The notes: generated by a model from the letters alone, not told the origin. 63,942 nucleotides of DNA, filler included, from Chiloscyllium plagiosum (GCF_004010195.1; 5 parts of one record of this genome joined end to end with filler, not necessarily neighbours in it), one strand, 5' to 3'; shown: positions 1 through 11,710, counted from the whole stretch's first letter. Translations and numbers: made by a program.

Positions 1-521
1 CTGCCTTTCTCCCTCAGTGAGAATGGACCACAGCCACTGATTTTTTCACGGAGGTCACAAAGCTGTCAAGGTAAAACGAATGTTTCTATTCAAATAGGAG
101 ATCCTCTTGATACAATAGTGTGTTGCTGCAAAAGCACAGCAGGTCAGGAAGCATACGAGGGACGAGTATGAAGATCGACATTTCGTGCCACAGCCCTCGA
201 AATCCATCCCCACTGCAAGTCCCAGGGAAAGGTGAAGGCATGGCAGGGATGGGTGCTAGGATCTGGACTGGTACTGGATTAGAGTTGGGACCAGAGCTTG
301 GACTTGCAGTGGGGATGGATTTCGAGGGCTGTGGCACGAAATGTCGATCTTCATACTCGTCCCTCGTATGCTTCCTGACATGCTGTGCTTTTGCAGCAAC
401 ACACTATTGTATCAAGAGGATCTCCTATTTGAATAGAAACATTCGTTTTACCTTGACAGCTTTGTGACCTCCGTGAAAAAATCAGTGGCTGTGGTCCATT
501 CTCACTGAGGGAGAAAGGCAG
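1..521. repeat. Long near-perfect inverted repeat: arms 1-222 and 300-521, 77-nt spacer
   Basis: Position i pairs with 522-i across 222 bp; only one mismatch seen (aggtcaggaa vs ttcctgacat). The left arm runs off the window edge. Each arm contains a degenerate Penelope terminal segment (about 118-200 and 322-404). Confidence 0.95.
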
Positions 522-984
522 TGCTGTGCCTGTGGGCTGTCTGCCTTCGCAGAGTCTGGGGTTCTGTGCACTCATATCCCCTTCCGTGACCGCATGCAAG
601 GCAGGCTGCAGCACCGACGAAGCCAGACACAAACAAAACAAACAATTAGGACCAAAGACACACCGGTTGGACTGATGGACAGTACAGAACACTCAACAAA
701 TAAAGAAAAGAAGCAGGGCGCCCTCGTCAATTTACCACGATCTCAGGCCATCATAGTCAAGAAATTCTAGCCAGCAGTCTTTCTAATTGTCAGTCGTGCA
801 AGGCACGTGCCTTCTCTGCAGGCCAGCATTCTAGCTCAGGTCGGGATAACGCAAAATATTCGAAATGTGAATGAAAGTTAGATTGACAGATGTTTTAGTA
901 GGCGCCCATCTGCCATTTTCCCGTGCCATCTGTCTCCACTGAGGGCGAGGCTCATGGTTCAGATGAGGAATGGAGAGTCTATAT

Positions 985-1075
985 TGGTGTGGTGCTGGTA
1001 AAGCACATTAGGTCAGGTAGCATCCGAGGAGCAGGAAAATCGACGTTTCGGGCAAGAGTCCATCATCAGGTGAGG
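985..1075 (-). mobile_element. Penelope-like terminal (pLTR) fragment with hammerhead core
   Basis: Matches the Penelope ends at 12.1, 51.5 and 56.5 kb. Minus strand 1042-1069 reads CTGATGA-tggactcttgccc-GAAA-C-GTC. Confidence 0.8.
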
Positions 1076-1108
1076 AAAGCAGTTGCGAGCGAAATACAGG
1101 ACAATTTA

Positions 1109-2011
1109 TTATAATAAGAATCCTGGCCCACTTCCGTATCTACCTTCAGCCTGTTCTCCACACTTACCTTTCAGCTTGGCCTGCTGAGTGAGGTCGGAGC
1201 CCACCACCTCGAAATTGTTTAATTTTTTAAGGTCTGGTCCGTTAGCCTGTATAGATTAAGCGCCTGGATAGGCTGTCAAACCCAGAGTTTAGGATTTAGG
1301 AAAATAAGCCTGGTGCAGCACAAGAGACCGGACGGAGAAATACAATTAGAATTCGAAAAGTTAGCTATGACATCACTGCAAGTTTGGTGCGGAAGAGGTT
1401 TGACCGGAATTGACACAAAGGTGTGTGGAAGACATATTTAACAAACAGCAAAACGGCGACTGCTGACAAAGTGTTTATCGAGTCCAAACTGAGGACTTTG
1501 TTTTGTTAACATAACCTTGCAGCGGAAAATGGCCCTTCTCCTCTGGCCACTGCGACAAAAGTTATGCTTCATAATGATGTATTTTTCAATAATGATCCTT
1601 GTAGGTTGATGTATTTGCCCAGCTAAAACTGCAGTTTTGCAGACATAAAGAAACTGTAGGAGTAGACAATGTATGTGGACCGTACGACTGCCCCGAGGCA
1701 GCATAGTTAATGATCAGTGGGCTTTGTGATGTACTATATAACGGGTAACACTCTGTATTACATTGGAATACAGTTGCCTTTTCTGAACAAAGATGCAATG
1801 CCACATGGCCATGTTTAAACACTCGTTAATCATTCCATGTCTTCTCTCCTGATTCGAAGTAAGATTTCCTTTTCCACAACAAGGTTTTCTTGAACTTGTT
1901 GTTGTTTTTCGAGGGCGTCGCCGAATCTGTTTGATTAAGCTTCCCCTTGGGCCCGCTTATGAGGAATGCCCCTGAGTCTGCTTTGCGTTTGGTAGGCGCT
2001 GTCATAGTCAT
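1109..2011 (-). pseudogene. Degenerate ORF resembling adenovirus DNA-binding protein (E2A DBP)
   Basis: Manual translation through stops and two frameshifts: MTAPTKRK (NLS-like)...LLWKRKSYFESGE...VFKHGH...NCSFSW...GHFPLQGYVN...LDKHFVSSRRFAV...LPHTFV...NSNCISPSGLL...KLW. Collinear with recalled Ad5 DBP motifs ALW..GELKCLHG, SCGMFF, GHLLMPLRCECN, LGRQLPKLTPFAL, PNCDFKISAPDLL, SLW. A pyrimidine tract + CAG lies just before the ATG, and the stop overlaps AATAAA (plus-strand TTTATT 1105-1110). Confidence 0.45.
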
Positions 2012-2123
2012 TTTTTCTGTTTGTTTAAAAAAAAAGGAGGGAAACGACAGTGTTAAGATATCGGCTGGCTGCGTGATCTGGACCTGAGTGAACATCCTGA
2101 TTTCTTTTTACAGCAAAAACGCT

Positions 2124-3290
2124 ATGGCAAGTCGGTTTCCACAAAGATTGCAAACATAGAGCTGTAGGGAGCATTAGTGGCCCACCTGAGCTAACAGGCT
2201 GATCTACGGAAAGATGCTGTGGCAAGAATGTATTGGTAAAAAAGAATAATTTATAATTTCACATGACCTTGAGTTATTGACAGATGCACCCACGCGTTTT
2301 TGAATTTGTGTGGTTTTTCTTCATTTCCTTTGACAGGATATAGTCTCAAGCCATTGACCAGTCAGATTCTGATGGGATCAGTCAGTTGCAAACACCCGGT
2401 AGAAAGAGTGAACTCTGGTACATTAAATCTTGTCCTCCTGAGCAGAGGGACCAGCGTCTGTTTGTCGTTTCGAGAAAAACACAGAAGCACCGTATGAAAT
2501 CAGTTCGAATCAAGAGTAAGGCAGGGGATCCTACGTACTGGCCGCTCACTGGCTGGTATTGTTCGCGAGATGATGTATAGAGAGTGTTTTTGCTGCTTTT
2601 GTCGCATCCAAAAAAGAGGAGAGGAAAGCTGGCCAGTGACAAATACGCGGCGAGAAAAACTGATACAATTCTTGCTACTCAGCCACAAGACACAAGTGTA
2701 AGTGTTCAACGGGGTCCTAGAATCCGGACAGGTTGTGAAAGCATTTAACTTGAACAACATGAATGGTAACGAACTTGCTTGCCTCAGTCATGACCGTTGA
2801 AAGACCATTTGGTAAGCCCTTGACACCTGTGAGGTTCAAGGCTTGCTTAACGACGCCCCCAATACTTTTAGTTGCTTAATGTCAGTTTTAATTGGATCGT
2901 ACAAATCTGCAATAATTATAGTTGCTTACTACAGGATGCCATCACATTAATGAATTTGGCATACGGGCCGCAATGGGCTCCGTTGTATTTCCGCTGGATC
3001 GTGGACTGATGCAGAGGCACGAACATCTTGTCTTCAAAACATTGTTTGAATTACAAATGGAACAGTTGAGCGGTACTTAGATTTTGCCGAGACTTTGGCT
3101 TTTCTTTCCCTATATGGATAATCAGCTATATGCCACAGCCATGATTTATGAGGCTAAACCCTCTAACTTTAACAGTGCTGGGACTTGATTGCCTCATTAC
3201 CCTTACCAGCAACGATTACACTTGAACGCTGAAAAACTGAGATAGGAAGAAAGTTGAAAAACGTTAATACGTTCGTGTGTCGCGGAGAGG
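2124..3290 (+). pseudogene. Degenerate ORF resembling adenovirus L4-100K hexon-assembly protein
   Basis: One stop-interrupted frame holds ALVAHLS*QADLRKDAV (2171-2221; cf. VLLKHLQRQCAIICDAL), LNLCGFSSFP...SCK (2300-2392; cf. LNFYPVFAVP...SCR), VFNGV...LACLSHD (cf. IFEGL...LVELEGD), LNDAPNTFSCLMSVLI (2846-2893; cf. LNLPPKVMSTVMSELI) and FLSLYG*SA (cf. FLCYTWQTA). An acceptor tttctttttacag (2101-2113) precedes gctATGg at 2124, which needs one frameshift to join the motif frame. Confidence 0.45.
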
Positions 3291-3969
3291 GGGCGTGGTG
3301 GGGGCGTGGTGGGGAATGAGATGGAGAGATGAACTGATTCAGTGTTGATACACTGAAGCTTGCAGAAAGCTTAACTCTTTGCGATCTGGTTTGAATGCAC
3401 ATTTGCTTGTTGGTGATTTAATGCGTTTTGTTCCCTGGAGCTCGAGATCAGGGCCTGCTTTGAATTTGATTTGCTTTTTGAGAATTTAGTTTATTTATTT
3501 GTTGGTTAAGGAACCGTCAGTGAATACAAGTGAAATATTAATCCTCCCGTTTTTGTAAAGCACATGACTACACGACTGTCAATTTCTAACTAATCACGTT
3601 TAATGCCGACATTAAAGACAATCTTATTTAAATTCGAATCAGTTCAATATGGAGGGAAACAACAAGACGTTTTTTTTTTGAAAAAGTCTTCTCCTAAGAT
3701 TTTGCACCATTTGATATCATTATAAACCTACTCTCAAATTCCCCATCATTTCATGTTCCTGCCAAAGATCAACCTCAACCCTCTCAGCTCCAGCTGATGG
3801 ACCAATCAGTGCATTAACAAACAGAAGTAAAAGCAGTAGCAATTCAAATCCTGGCCTCAGCAGGTCTCTACTCCTTTCTTAAAAATAAGCTAAACATATC
3901 GTTGAGGAAATTCACTCCAGATTGTAACATTTGCACATTCGGTTGAGTCATTACAAGAACCTTGTAGAA

Positions 3970-6900
3970 TTTGGTTAAAAATTGTAGAACAGAATATATC
4001 AAGTTCGATCCAAAACATAAATGTTGCTAGCTGTGAATCTTATCAAATCGAATGGATCGGTTGGAGAGACATTTAGAAGCAATGGGTAATATTCAACAGC
4101 CACAGTATGTGATGGATGGCAGTTGTAGGAAGGTGCAAGGTCTCAGAGGCAGTTACACGGATGGGTTAACTCCAAGAAAGTAAGAGAGGTCGGCAGCTAG
4201 TGCAGGAGTCTTTTATTGATATAGTCATTTCAAACAGGAATGATGTTTTGGAAAACGTAGGCGGTAATGGATTCTTAGTAGAACGTAGCATGAACAGCCA
4301 CGTTTCTGGTATCGAGACTGGCTCGAATGCAACGTGGGGTACGTCGGGTACCAAGAGTTCAATTGTGTTACGGGAATTCTCGAGTTCGAGGTTTCTGTGG
4401 CCAGCAGCGACATATCAATTTGCTTTCCTGGTGCCAGGATCAAGGATGTTTCAGAGAGGGTGCAGAATGTTCTTATGGGGGAGAGGGGCCAGCAACAGGT
4501 CATTGTACACATTAGAACCAATGACATAGGAAGGTAAAATTTTGAGATTCTGTGGGCGGCACGGTGGCACAGTGGTTAGCACTGCTGCCTCACAGCGCCT
4601 GAGACCCGGGTTCAATTCCCGCCTCAGGCGACTGACTGTGTGGAGTTTGCATGTTCTCCCCGTGTCTGCGTGGGTTTCCTCCGGGTGCTCTGGTTTCCTC
4701 CCACAGTCCAAAGATGTGCAGGTCAGGTGAATTGGCCATGCTAAATTGCCCGTAGTGTTAGGTAAGGGGTAAATGTAGGGGCATGGGTGGGTTGCGCTTC
4801 GGCGGGTCGGTGTGGACTTGTTGGGCCGAAGGGCCTGTTTCCACGCTGTAATGTAATCTAATCTGAAGGGATATTACAGAGAGTTAGACAGGTATTTAAC
4901 ATGGAGGTCCTCGAGCGAAGTAATATCTTGTTATTCCCGGTGCTACGAGGTAGTGAGGGCAGGAATAGGAGAATAGAGCAGACGAATGCTTAGCTGAGGA
5001 GCCGGTGTATGAGGGAAAGAATCACATCTTTCGATCATTGGAATATCTTTTGGGGTAGAAGTGACCTGTACAGAAGGACGGATTGCACCTAAATTGGAAG
5101 GTGACTAATATATTGGCAGGGAGGTTTGCTAGAACTGGTCGGGAGGACTTAAGCTCGTAAAGTGGGGTGGGGAGGGGTGGGAACCAGGGAGATAGTCAGG
5201 AAAGAAATCAATCTGAGAGTGGGACATTGAGAACAGAAGGGAGTCAAACAGTCAGGGCAGGCAGGAACAAGGTAAGACAAATACATTAAACTGCATTTAT
5301 TTCAATGCAAGGGGCCTAACAGGGAATGCAAATGAACTCAGGACATGGCTAGGAACATAGGACTGGAATCGCAAAGCAATTTCAGAAACACTGGCGGCAT
5401 ATATTCGCACATAAAGGGACAGCTGGAAAATGGGAAACCTTCAGAACTTAGATAACAAGAATCCAGAGAAAGTATATTCCTGTTAAGGTGAAACTAAAGG
5501 CTGGTAGGTATAGAGAATGTTCGATGACTAAAGACATTGAGGGTTTGATCATGAAAAAGAAGGAAGCACATGTCAGATATGGATAGGATATGTCGAGTGA
5601 ACCTTTGGAAGAGAATAAAGGATGTAGGAGTATCTTTAAGAGGGAAATCAGGAGAGCAACAATGGGACATGAGATAGACTTGGCAAATAGAATTAAGAAT
5701 GATCCAAAGAATTTGTACAAATACATTAAAGAAAAAAGGGTAACTCCGGAGAGAATAGGGCCCCTATTCTCGGATTAGGGACAGTCAACATGGTTTTATG
5801 CGTGGGAAATCATGTCTCCAAACTTGATTGAGTTTTTTGAGGAAGTAACAAAGAGGTTTGATGAGGGCAGAGCGGTAGATGTGATCGATACGGACTTCAG
5901 TAAGGTGTTCGACAAGGTTCCCCATTGGCGAAAGATTAGCGAGGTTAGATCTCACGGTTTACAGGGACAACTAGCCATTTGGATACAGAACTGGCTCAAA
6001 GGTAGAAGACAGAGTGTGGTGTTGACGGGTTGTTTTTCAGACTGGAGGCCGAGAACCAGTGGAATACCACAAAGGTCGCTGCTGTGTCCTTTATTTTTTT
6101 GTCGTTTACTTAAATGATTTGGGTGCAATTATAAAAGGTACCGTTAGTAAGTTTGCAGGTTACAGCAAATTTCGAGGTGTAGTGGACAGCGAAAAGGATT
6201 AACTTAGATTACAACAGGATCTTGACCAGATGGGCCAATGGGTTGAGAATTTTCAGATGGTGTTTGAGTCAGATAAATGCGAGGTGTTGCATTTTGGGAA
6301 AGCAAATCTTAGCAAGACTTATACACTTAACGAAAAGGTCCGAGGGAGTGTTGCTGAATAAAGAGACTTTGGAATGCAGGTTCACAGCTCGTTGAAAGTG
6401 GCGTCGCAGATACATAGGATAGGGCAGAAGGCGTTTGGTATGCTTTCTATGTTGGTCAGAGTATTGAGTAAAGAAGTCGGGAGATCATGTTGCGGCTATA
6501 CAGGACATTGGTTAGACTACCTGTTGTAATATTGCGTGCAATTTTAGTCTCCTTCTTATCAGAAAGATGCTGTGAACCTTGAAAGGCTTCAGAAATATTT
6601 ACAAGGATGTTGCCGGGGTTGCACTATTTGATCGAGAGGGTGATTAGGCTGGGGCTGTTTTCCCTGGAGCGTCGGAGGCTGAGTGGTGACCTTCCAGAGG
6701 TTTACAAAATTATCAGGGGCATGGATAGGGTTAATAGGCAAAGTCTTTTACCTGGGGTCGGGGAGTCCAGAACTCGAGGGCATAGGTTCAAGGTGAGGGA
6801 GAAAAGATATAAAAGCGACCTAAGTGGCAACTGTTTCACGCAGAGGGAGGTTCGTTCATGGAATTATCTGCCGGAGGAAGTGGTGGAGGCTGGTACAATT

Positions 6901-7072
6901 GAAACATTTAAGAGGCATTAGGATGGATATATGAATAGGAGGCGTTTGGAAAGATATGGGCCGGGTGCTGACAGGTGGGACTAGATTGGGTTGGGATATC
7001 TGGTTGGCATGGACGGGTTGGACGGAAGGATCTGTTTACATACTGTACATCTCTATGACTCTATGACTCTAT
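3970..7072 (+). mobile_element. CR1 LINE, 5'-truncated and internally deleted (ORF1 esterase, partial EN, RT, 3' tail)
   Basis: RMDRLERH ORF1 segment; SGNH-esterase motifs (CFPGARIKDV, VHIRTNDIGR); RT peptides (NLIEFFEEVTK, DFSKVFDKVPH); LFSLERRRL C-terminus; (ctatgact)n tail. Same family as 33.8-38.3 kb. Confidence 0.93.
4553..4861 (+). mobile_element. HE1-type tRNA-derived V-SINE inserted in CR1 ORF1
   Basis: A box tggcacagtgg, B box ggttcaattcc, V-domain tgtgtggagtttgcatgttctcccc, taatc tail; TCTG duplicated at 4549-4552 and 4862-4865. Confidence 0.95.
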
Positions 7073-7599
7073 ATCCCCAACCTGCAATGATGTTTCCAGA
7101 AAGTAATAGCAACAGAAATAATTTGTTTTCGCTTTTTTTCAGATTGGATTGGTTCCACTTCAGTTTCAGACGAATGCATTTCATTGGTCATTATGTACTG
7201 CCATTTCTACATCAATGTTCCTCCCTCACTGAGAAATGAAGGATCAGATCAACAATATGCTTAAAAACATTTTTTTTTCAAACCAATTGTATGAGCCCTG
7301 AATCACAAACTCAAAATTAATTGCCAGGATTAATTTGTTTTATGCTTTTGTATATGATCTGTATCGTTGCCTTATAGTTAATTTGAAGCATGATTGCACT
7401 AATCATTAAGTAAAGAATGGAAAAAGAAAGGCGATAGTAAATGGAAAGATTTCTGACTGGCCAGTTGGAGGAATTATGTATGCGAGAGTGCGATTGAGGC
7501 ACGTATATCGGATGGAACCCGCATTCCTATTTGAAGGAAGCAATGGGAATTTTAACCAGATAATCCTCAGCACACACCCCTGATTATGAACCTTCCCTT

Positions 7600-8520
7600 A
7601 AACTGAAATGCTGGGTCCAGTATCGTTGTCCAACTTCATTGTCGACATCATGGCAGTGAGAGTCCTGAGCCATGTGAACAAGATACCGTCTCAAGAATCA
7701 GATTAATGTTTATGAAGATAGCACCAGACCGCAAAGAGAATCCGACCCAATTTGTTTAATACGTCCAAAGAATGATACATGTGTAAAGGCCACGAACATC
7801 TGGGAGTGACACGAATAAGATTGGATTTCAAGCAACCTCAGATACATGTACGCTGTGGGTCAGCCCCAACGAGGTTGATTGTGACCAGCAGATCCACTGG
7901 GGGCGGAACCTACCTCAGACGCCCGCCTAGCGACCTCTGTTCAGAAACCCTTTCTAGAGGGCACCCTAGAAGAGGGGACAAGCAGTGGAATTTAACTGTG
8001 GAAATATGGCCAATGGGAAGTGATGTGTCCTTATTATAATCTTGGGATTAACACAAGGCTCGACAGGCTTGCACTCCAGCAGCCAGAAAATCTCCTAATA
8101 CACACGGAGTCTCGATGTTATTTTGTGTGGCCCACGATTTTGGAACCTTCTGGGAGCATAGCGGATTTATCCTGCACCACATAACCAAATGATGTTGCTA
8201 TTTGTTGAACCAGTCTGGCAGTTGTCAAAATGTTCGAATCTCGTGAATGCAACTGATACCGTCTCTAAAAGAATGAGATAGATTTTGCAGACAAACAGGC
8301 AGCCTAACACCCCAAACTTCTGAACCGATTGGTTTCGCAGCAAAACCTGGTTAAAGACATTTTACGGTTGGGAATTACAGACCTGTACGATTCATAAATA
8401 TCAGGGAAGACCCTGCTAAAGAGCCACAGTTTATGGCCTCCAATGGGATGATTTCTCGATGCCCAAAACAAAATGTGGGTGATCCCTGGTGGACATGTTT
8501 GTATTCCTTCTTTGTTGCAC
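7600..8520 (+). mobile_element. Class I (epsilon/gamma-like) ERV remnant: gag fused to RNase H, pro-RT missing
   Basis: MHR-like KENPTQF (about 7733-7753); frameshifted zinc knuckle FNCG/YGQW..(D) (7985-8030); RNase H TESRCYF/VAHDFGTFWEHSGFI (8104-8172; cf. TDSRYAFGVAHDFG.LW..RGF), LAVVK, DFADKQA; then an integrase-N-like segment. Confidence 0.7.
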
Positions 8521-8540
8521 TATTTTCGTTGACTATTTAT

Positions 8541-9015
8541 AATCATAGAGTCTGAGAATTATAATGCATGGAAACAGGCCAACCTGTCAAAATTGTCCAT
8601 GTTTACCAAATATCACAATTTAATCTTGCCCCTTTGCCAGCACCTGGCTCATATTCGAAACCCTTCCTTTTCACAGAACAATCCAGACGCCATTTAAATG
8701 ATGCCATTGTCCGAGCCTCCACCAATTTCCTCTGGCAGTTCATTCCATACACTCACCACTCTCTGACTGAAACAGTTGTTCCTTAGGTCCAGTTTATATC
8801 TTTTCCATCTCAAACTAAATCTGTGTACTCTATTTCTGTATTCCCCCATTCCAGGGAAAATACTTTGTGTATTTAGGTTATCCTTGCCGCTCAATGTTTA
8901 ATAAACTTCTAAAAGTCCACTCCTCCGCCTTCGATGCTCCATTGAAAACAGCCCGAGAGTATTCAGCCTCTCTCTGTAGCTCAAATCCGCCAATCCTGGC
9001 AACATGCTTGCAAAA
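8541..9015 (-). mobile_element. CR1 3' fragment
   Basis: ORF 8694-8894 FSQRVVSVWNELPEE; CR1 3' UTR and tail. Confidence 0.9.
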
Positions 9016-9492
9016 GGATACTTAAATGTCTACACTTGGGCGAGGAACGAATGGTTTATACACTATTACAAACTTGGCAGAAGCCAAAATTTCAGAAAGA
9101 AGTTGAGCAATGAACTGAACAATATTTGATATGTATTCAAAAAAGATGAATTCTGTAAAAGGGTGCTGCCTTTATTGAACGACTTTCTTGACTCATTGGC
9201 AATTTACTTGTTGACACCTTGCTTTTATAGAATTACCTCGTAAGCGTTGTTATAAACATAGTCTAATAATAGCAAATATATTTAGCAGATGAATAAAAAA
9301 TAATGACTGATACTGCTGCCACTGTTGGGGTGGACAAGTGGGAAATGCTTGCATCAGTTAACCAACACTCTTCAATGTTTACAGTCACAGGTACTTTATT
9401 CCTAAAAACTAGGAAAGGGTGCAAGTGAAAGGCCCGTTTATAGTCCACATGGTGACCCATTCAGCAGTCAAATTCGAAGGAGAACATGAATG

Positions 9493-9992
9493 NNNNNNNN
9501 NNNNNNNNNNNNNNNNNNNNNNNNNNNNNNNNNNNNNNNNNNNNNNNNNNNNNNNNNNNNNNNNNNNNNNNNNNNNNNNNNNNNNNNNNNNNNNNNNNNN
9601 NNNNNNNNNNNNNNNNNNNNNNNNNNNNNNNNNNNNNNNNNNNNNNNNNNNNNNNNNNNNNNNNNNNNNNNNNNNNNNNNNNNNNNNNNNNNNNNNNNNN
9701 NNNNNNNNNNNNNNNNNNNNNNNNNNNNNNNNNNNNNNNNNNNNNNNNNNNNNNNNNNNNNNNNNNNNNNNNNNNNNNNNNNNNNNNNNNNNNNNNNNNN
9801 NNNNNNNNNNNNNNNNNNNNNNNNNNNNNNNNNNNNNNNNNNNNNNNNNNNNNNNNNNNNNNNNNNNNNNNNNNNNNNNNNNNNNNNNNNNNNNNNNNNN
9901 NNNNNNNNNNNNNNNNNNNNNNNNNNNNNNNNNNNNNNNNNNNNNNNNNNNNNNNNNNNNNNNNNNNNNNNNNNNNNNNNNNNNNNNNNNNN
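9493..9992. other. Assembly gap (500 N)
   Basis: N run. Confidence 1.
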
Positions 9993-10189
9993 GCTAATTT
10001 TCTTATTACTAAGCAAGGTTGCAAGTGGCTCAGGTAGTAACCCAAAGATTATAAACCTTGAGTACCTGTTTCTTAATTACTTTCCGAGGGCTTGACAATC
10101 ACCAAAATATAATCCCTCCTAGGCATGCCTCTGTTATTTGTCCCAAAGTGGACCACAGTAACTGGATCATCCTCCTCCCTCTCAATCTC

Positions 10190-11710
10190 CTTTCAGGCCG
10201 GTCAGCGAAGTCCCTCAGCCGAACTTGGGGAGGCAACACACCGTAAGAGACCTGTGATCCTCCTTACAATGGATGCTATCTACCCCCAATGAAAAATCCC
10301 CTACAGCTATCACTTGGCTTTTGCTACCCGCTTTTTTCTCTTTGATTTCTCTCCCATATCGCTCCTCTCACTCATGAAATTGATGCAAAGCATCCATTGA
10401 GACCACTACCGCCATCATCTGGTTTCAGACACGAATTATCACTGTGGTCCTGAATGCAATCTGTGTTTTCTCTGGTTTTGTTTGTTTCCTCAAAGTTCTA
10501 ATAAAGTTCAATGACCTACCTTTATTTTCTCAACATTGTTCTTTCATGTCTGTGTTTTTACTCTTATCTTATTGTTAAGTTTTCCCTTGTTCATTCTGTA
10601 CTCCTTTATAAGTTTTGCTGTTTTCAGCGCACAGCATTGACGATAAGGATGTGTAGAAATCACTGATTTTGAGGGTTTCACGATTTTTATTTAATTGAAC
10701 ATCCTGTCCTGTACTCTCCCCACTTCATTCTTGCATGTGCAAACTTTCTGATACTTTCAGACTTGTCGAGAAAAAGTCTTCTTCCAGTCCTCTCTGGCCA
10801 AACCTCACGTGACTTTCTTTAAAGCGGCCCTTCCCTCATTTAGAACTTCGATTCCAGGCCGATTCTCGTCTTTTGTTTTCCATACAAATCTTGATTAAAA
10901 CGGAGTCTCTAATCTCCAGTATTTGCAGTTCTCATTTTCTCCTTGATTATCGTGGATTTGTGAACTACTAGATATACTTTAAGAATTCTCCTGCCTCTCA
11001 GCCATTCACGTTATCATTATTCCAATTAATAATCGCAAAGTTGAAATCACCAAACCAGCTCCATATGAATTTTACAATTCCTGGAAATTTACCCACGTAT
11101 ATACTCATTTTTTCCCGAATAATAGAGGGCATATACTGCATTCCATAGTGATGTAATTGCTCCTTTTTGGTTTGTTTTTATTTACTTTTAATTGGATAAC
11201 TTCACTTGAGGAAATTCCTCATGCTTTATCATTCTGTACTCTTTGAAATTGATCACTGATCAATATAATGACTTGCCCTCCAATTTTTACTGATTCTCTG
11301 TATCGCTTGAAGACTGTTCATTCTGGAAAATTGACCTACCTATTCCTTGCCTTCAGTGACATTAATGACTTCAATCCCTGACTCTTAACTTGTGATATCA
11401 AATCCTCCGTCCTTCTTCTTCAGACCCCTTGCTTGAAAATATGCATCATTCAATCTTAACAATTTCAATTTCGCTTCACCGTGACTGGCTTTCTACTTAT
11501 TAGAACCTCCTAATGTATTTCCGGACTGTCTTTCCTGAATCTTACTCTGTATATCCCCCTGATTACCCATCCATCGGGATACCTGCCCCCTCCAATTTTA
11601 GTTTAATTCTGTCCCAACAGAATGAGCAATCATTACCAGAGGGATTCAGTTCTCATTCTGTTTAAGGTACAACAAGTATGGCTTTGCTACTACTTGACCA
11701 ACAATTGTCA
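10190..11710 (-). mobile_element. Old CR1 fragments (ORF1 esterase and ORF2 endonuclease)
   Basis: Minus strand shows GD..IGG.D..VCCLP esterase remnants near 10.2-10.3 kb and GDFNFAIINW near 11020-11052. Confidence 0.6.

Noticed and set aside
430..770. FYLDSF and QCCACGL as a possible adenain protease remnant left of the DBP-like gene
   Set aside because: The motifs are short and in different frames, there is no HW catalytic motif, and Penelope DNA separates them from the DBP-like ORF.
1975..2011. MTAPTKRK resembles the polyomavirus VP1 N-terminus (MAPTKRKG)
   Set aside because: Nothing downstream resembles VP1; it is a generic basic NLS-like motif.
4553..4625. tRNA-like A/B boxes here and at other SINE heads
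   Set aside because: These are tRNA-derived SINE heads, not tRNA genes.
9419..10095. Long ORFs of 180-270 aa here and at 23.7-24.7 kb
   Set aside because: They are translations through N gaps.
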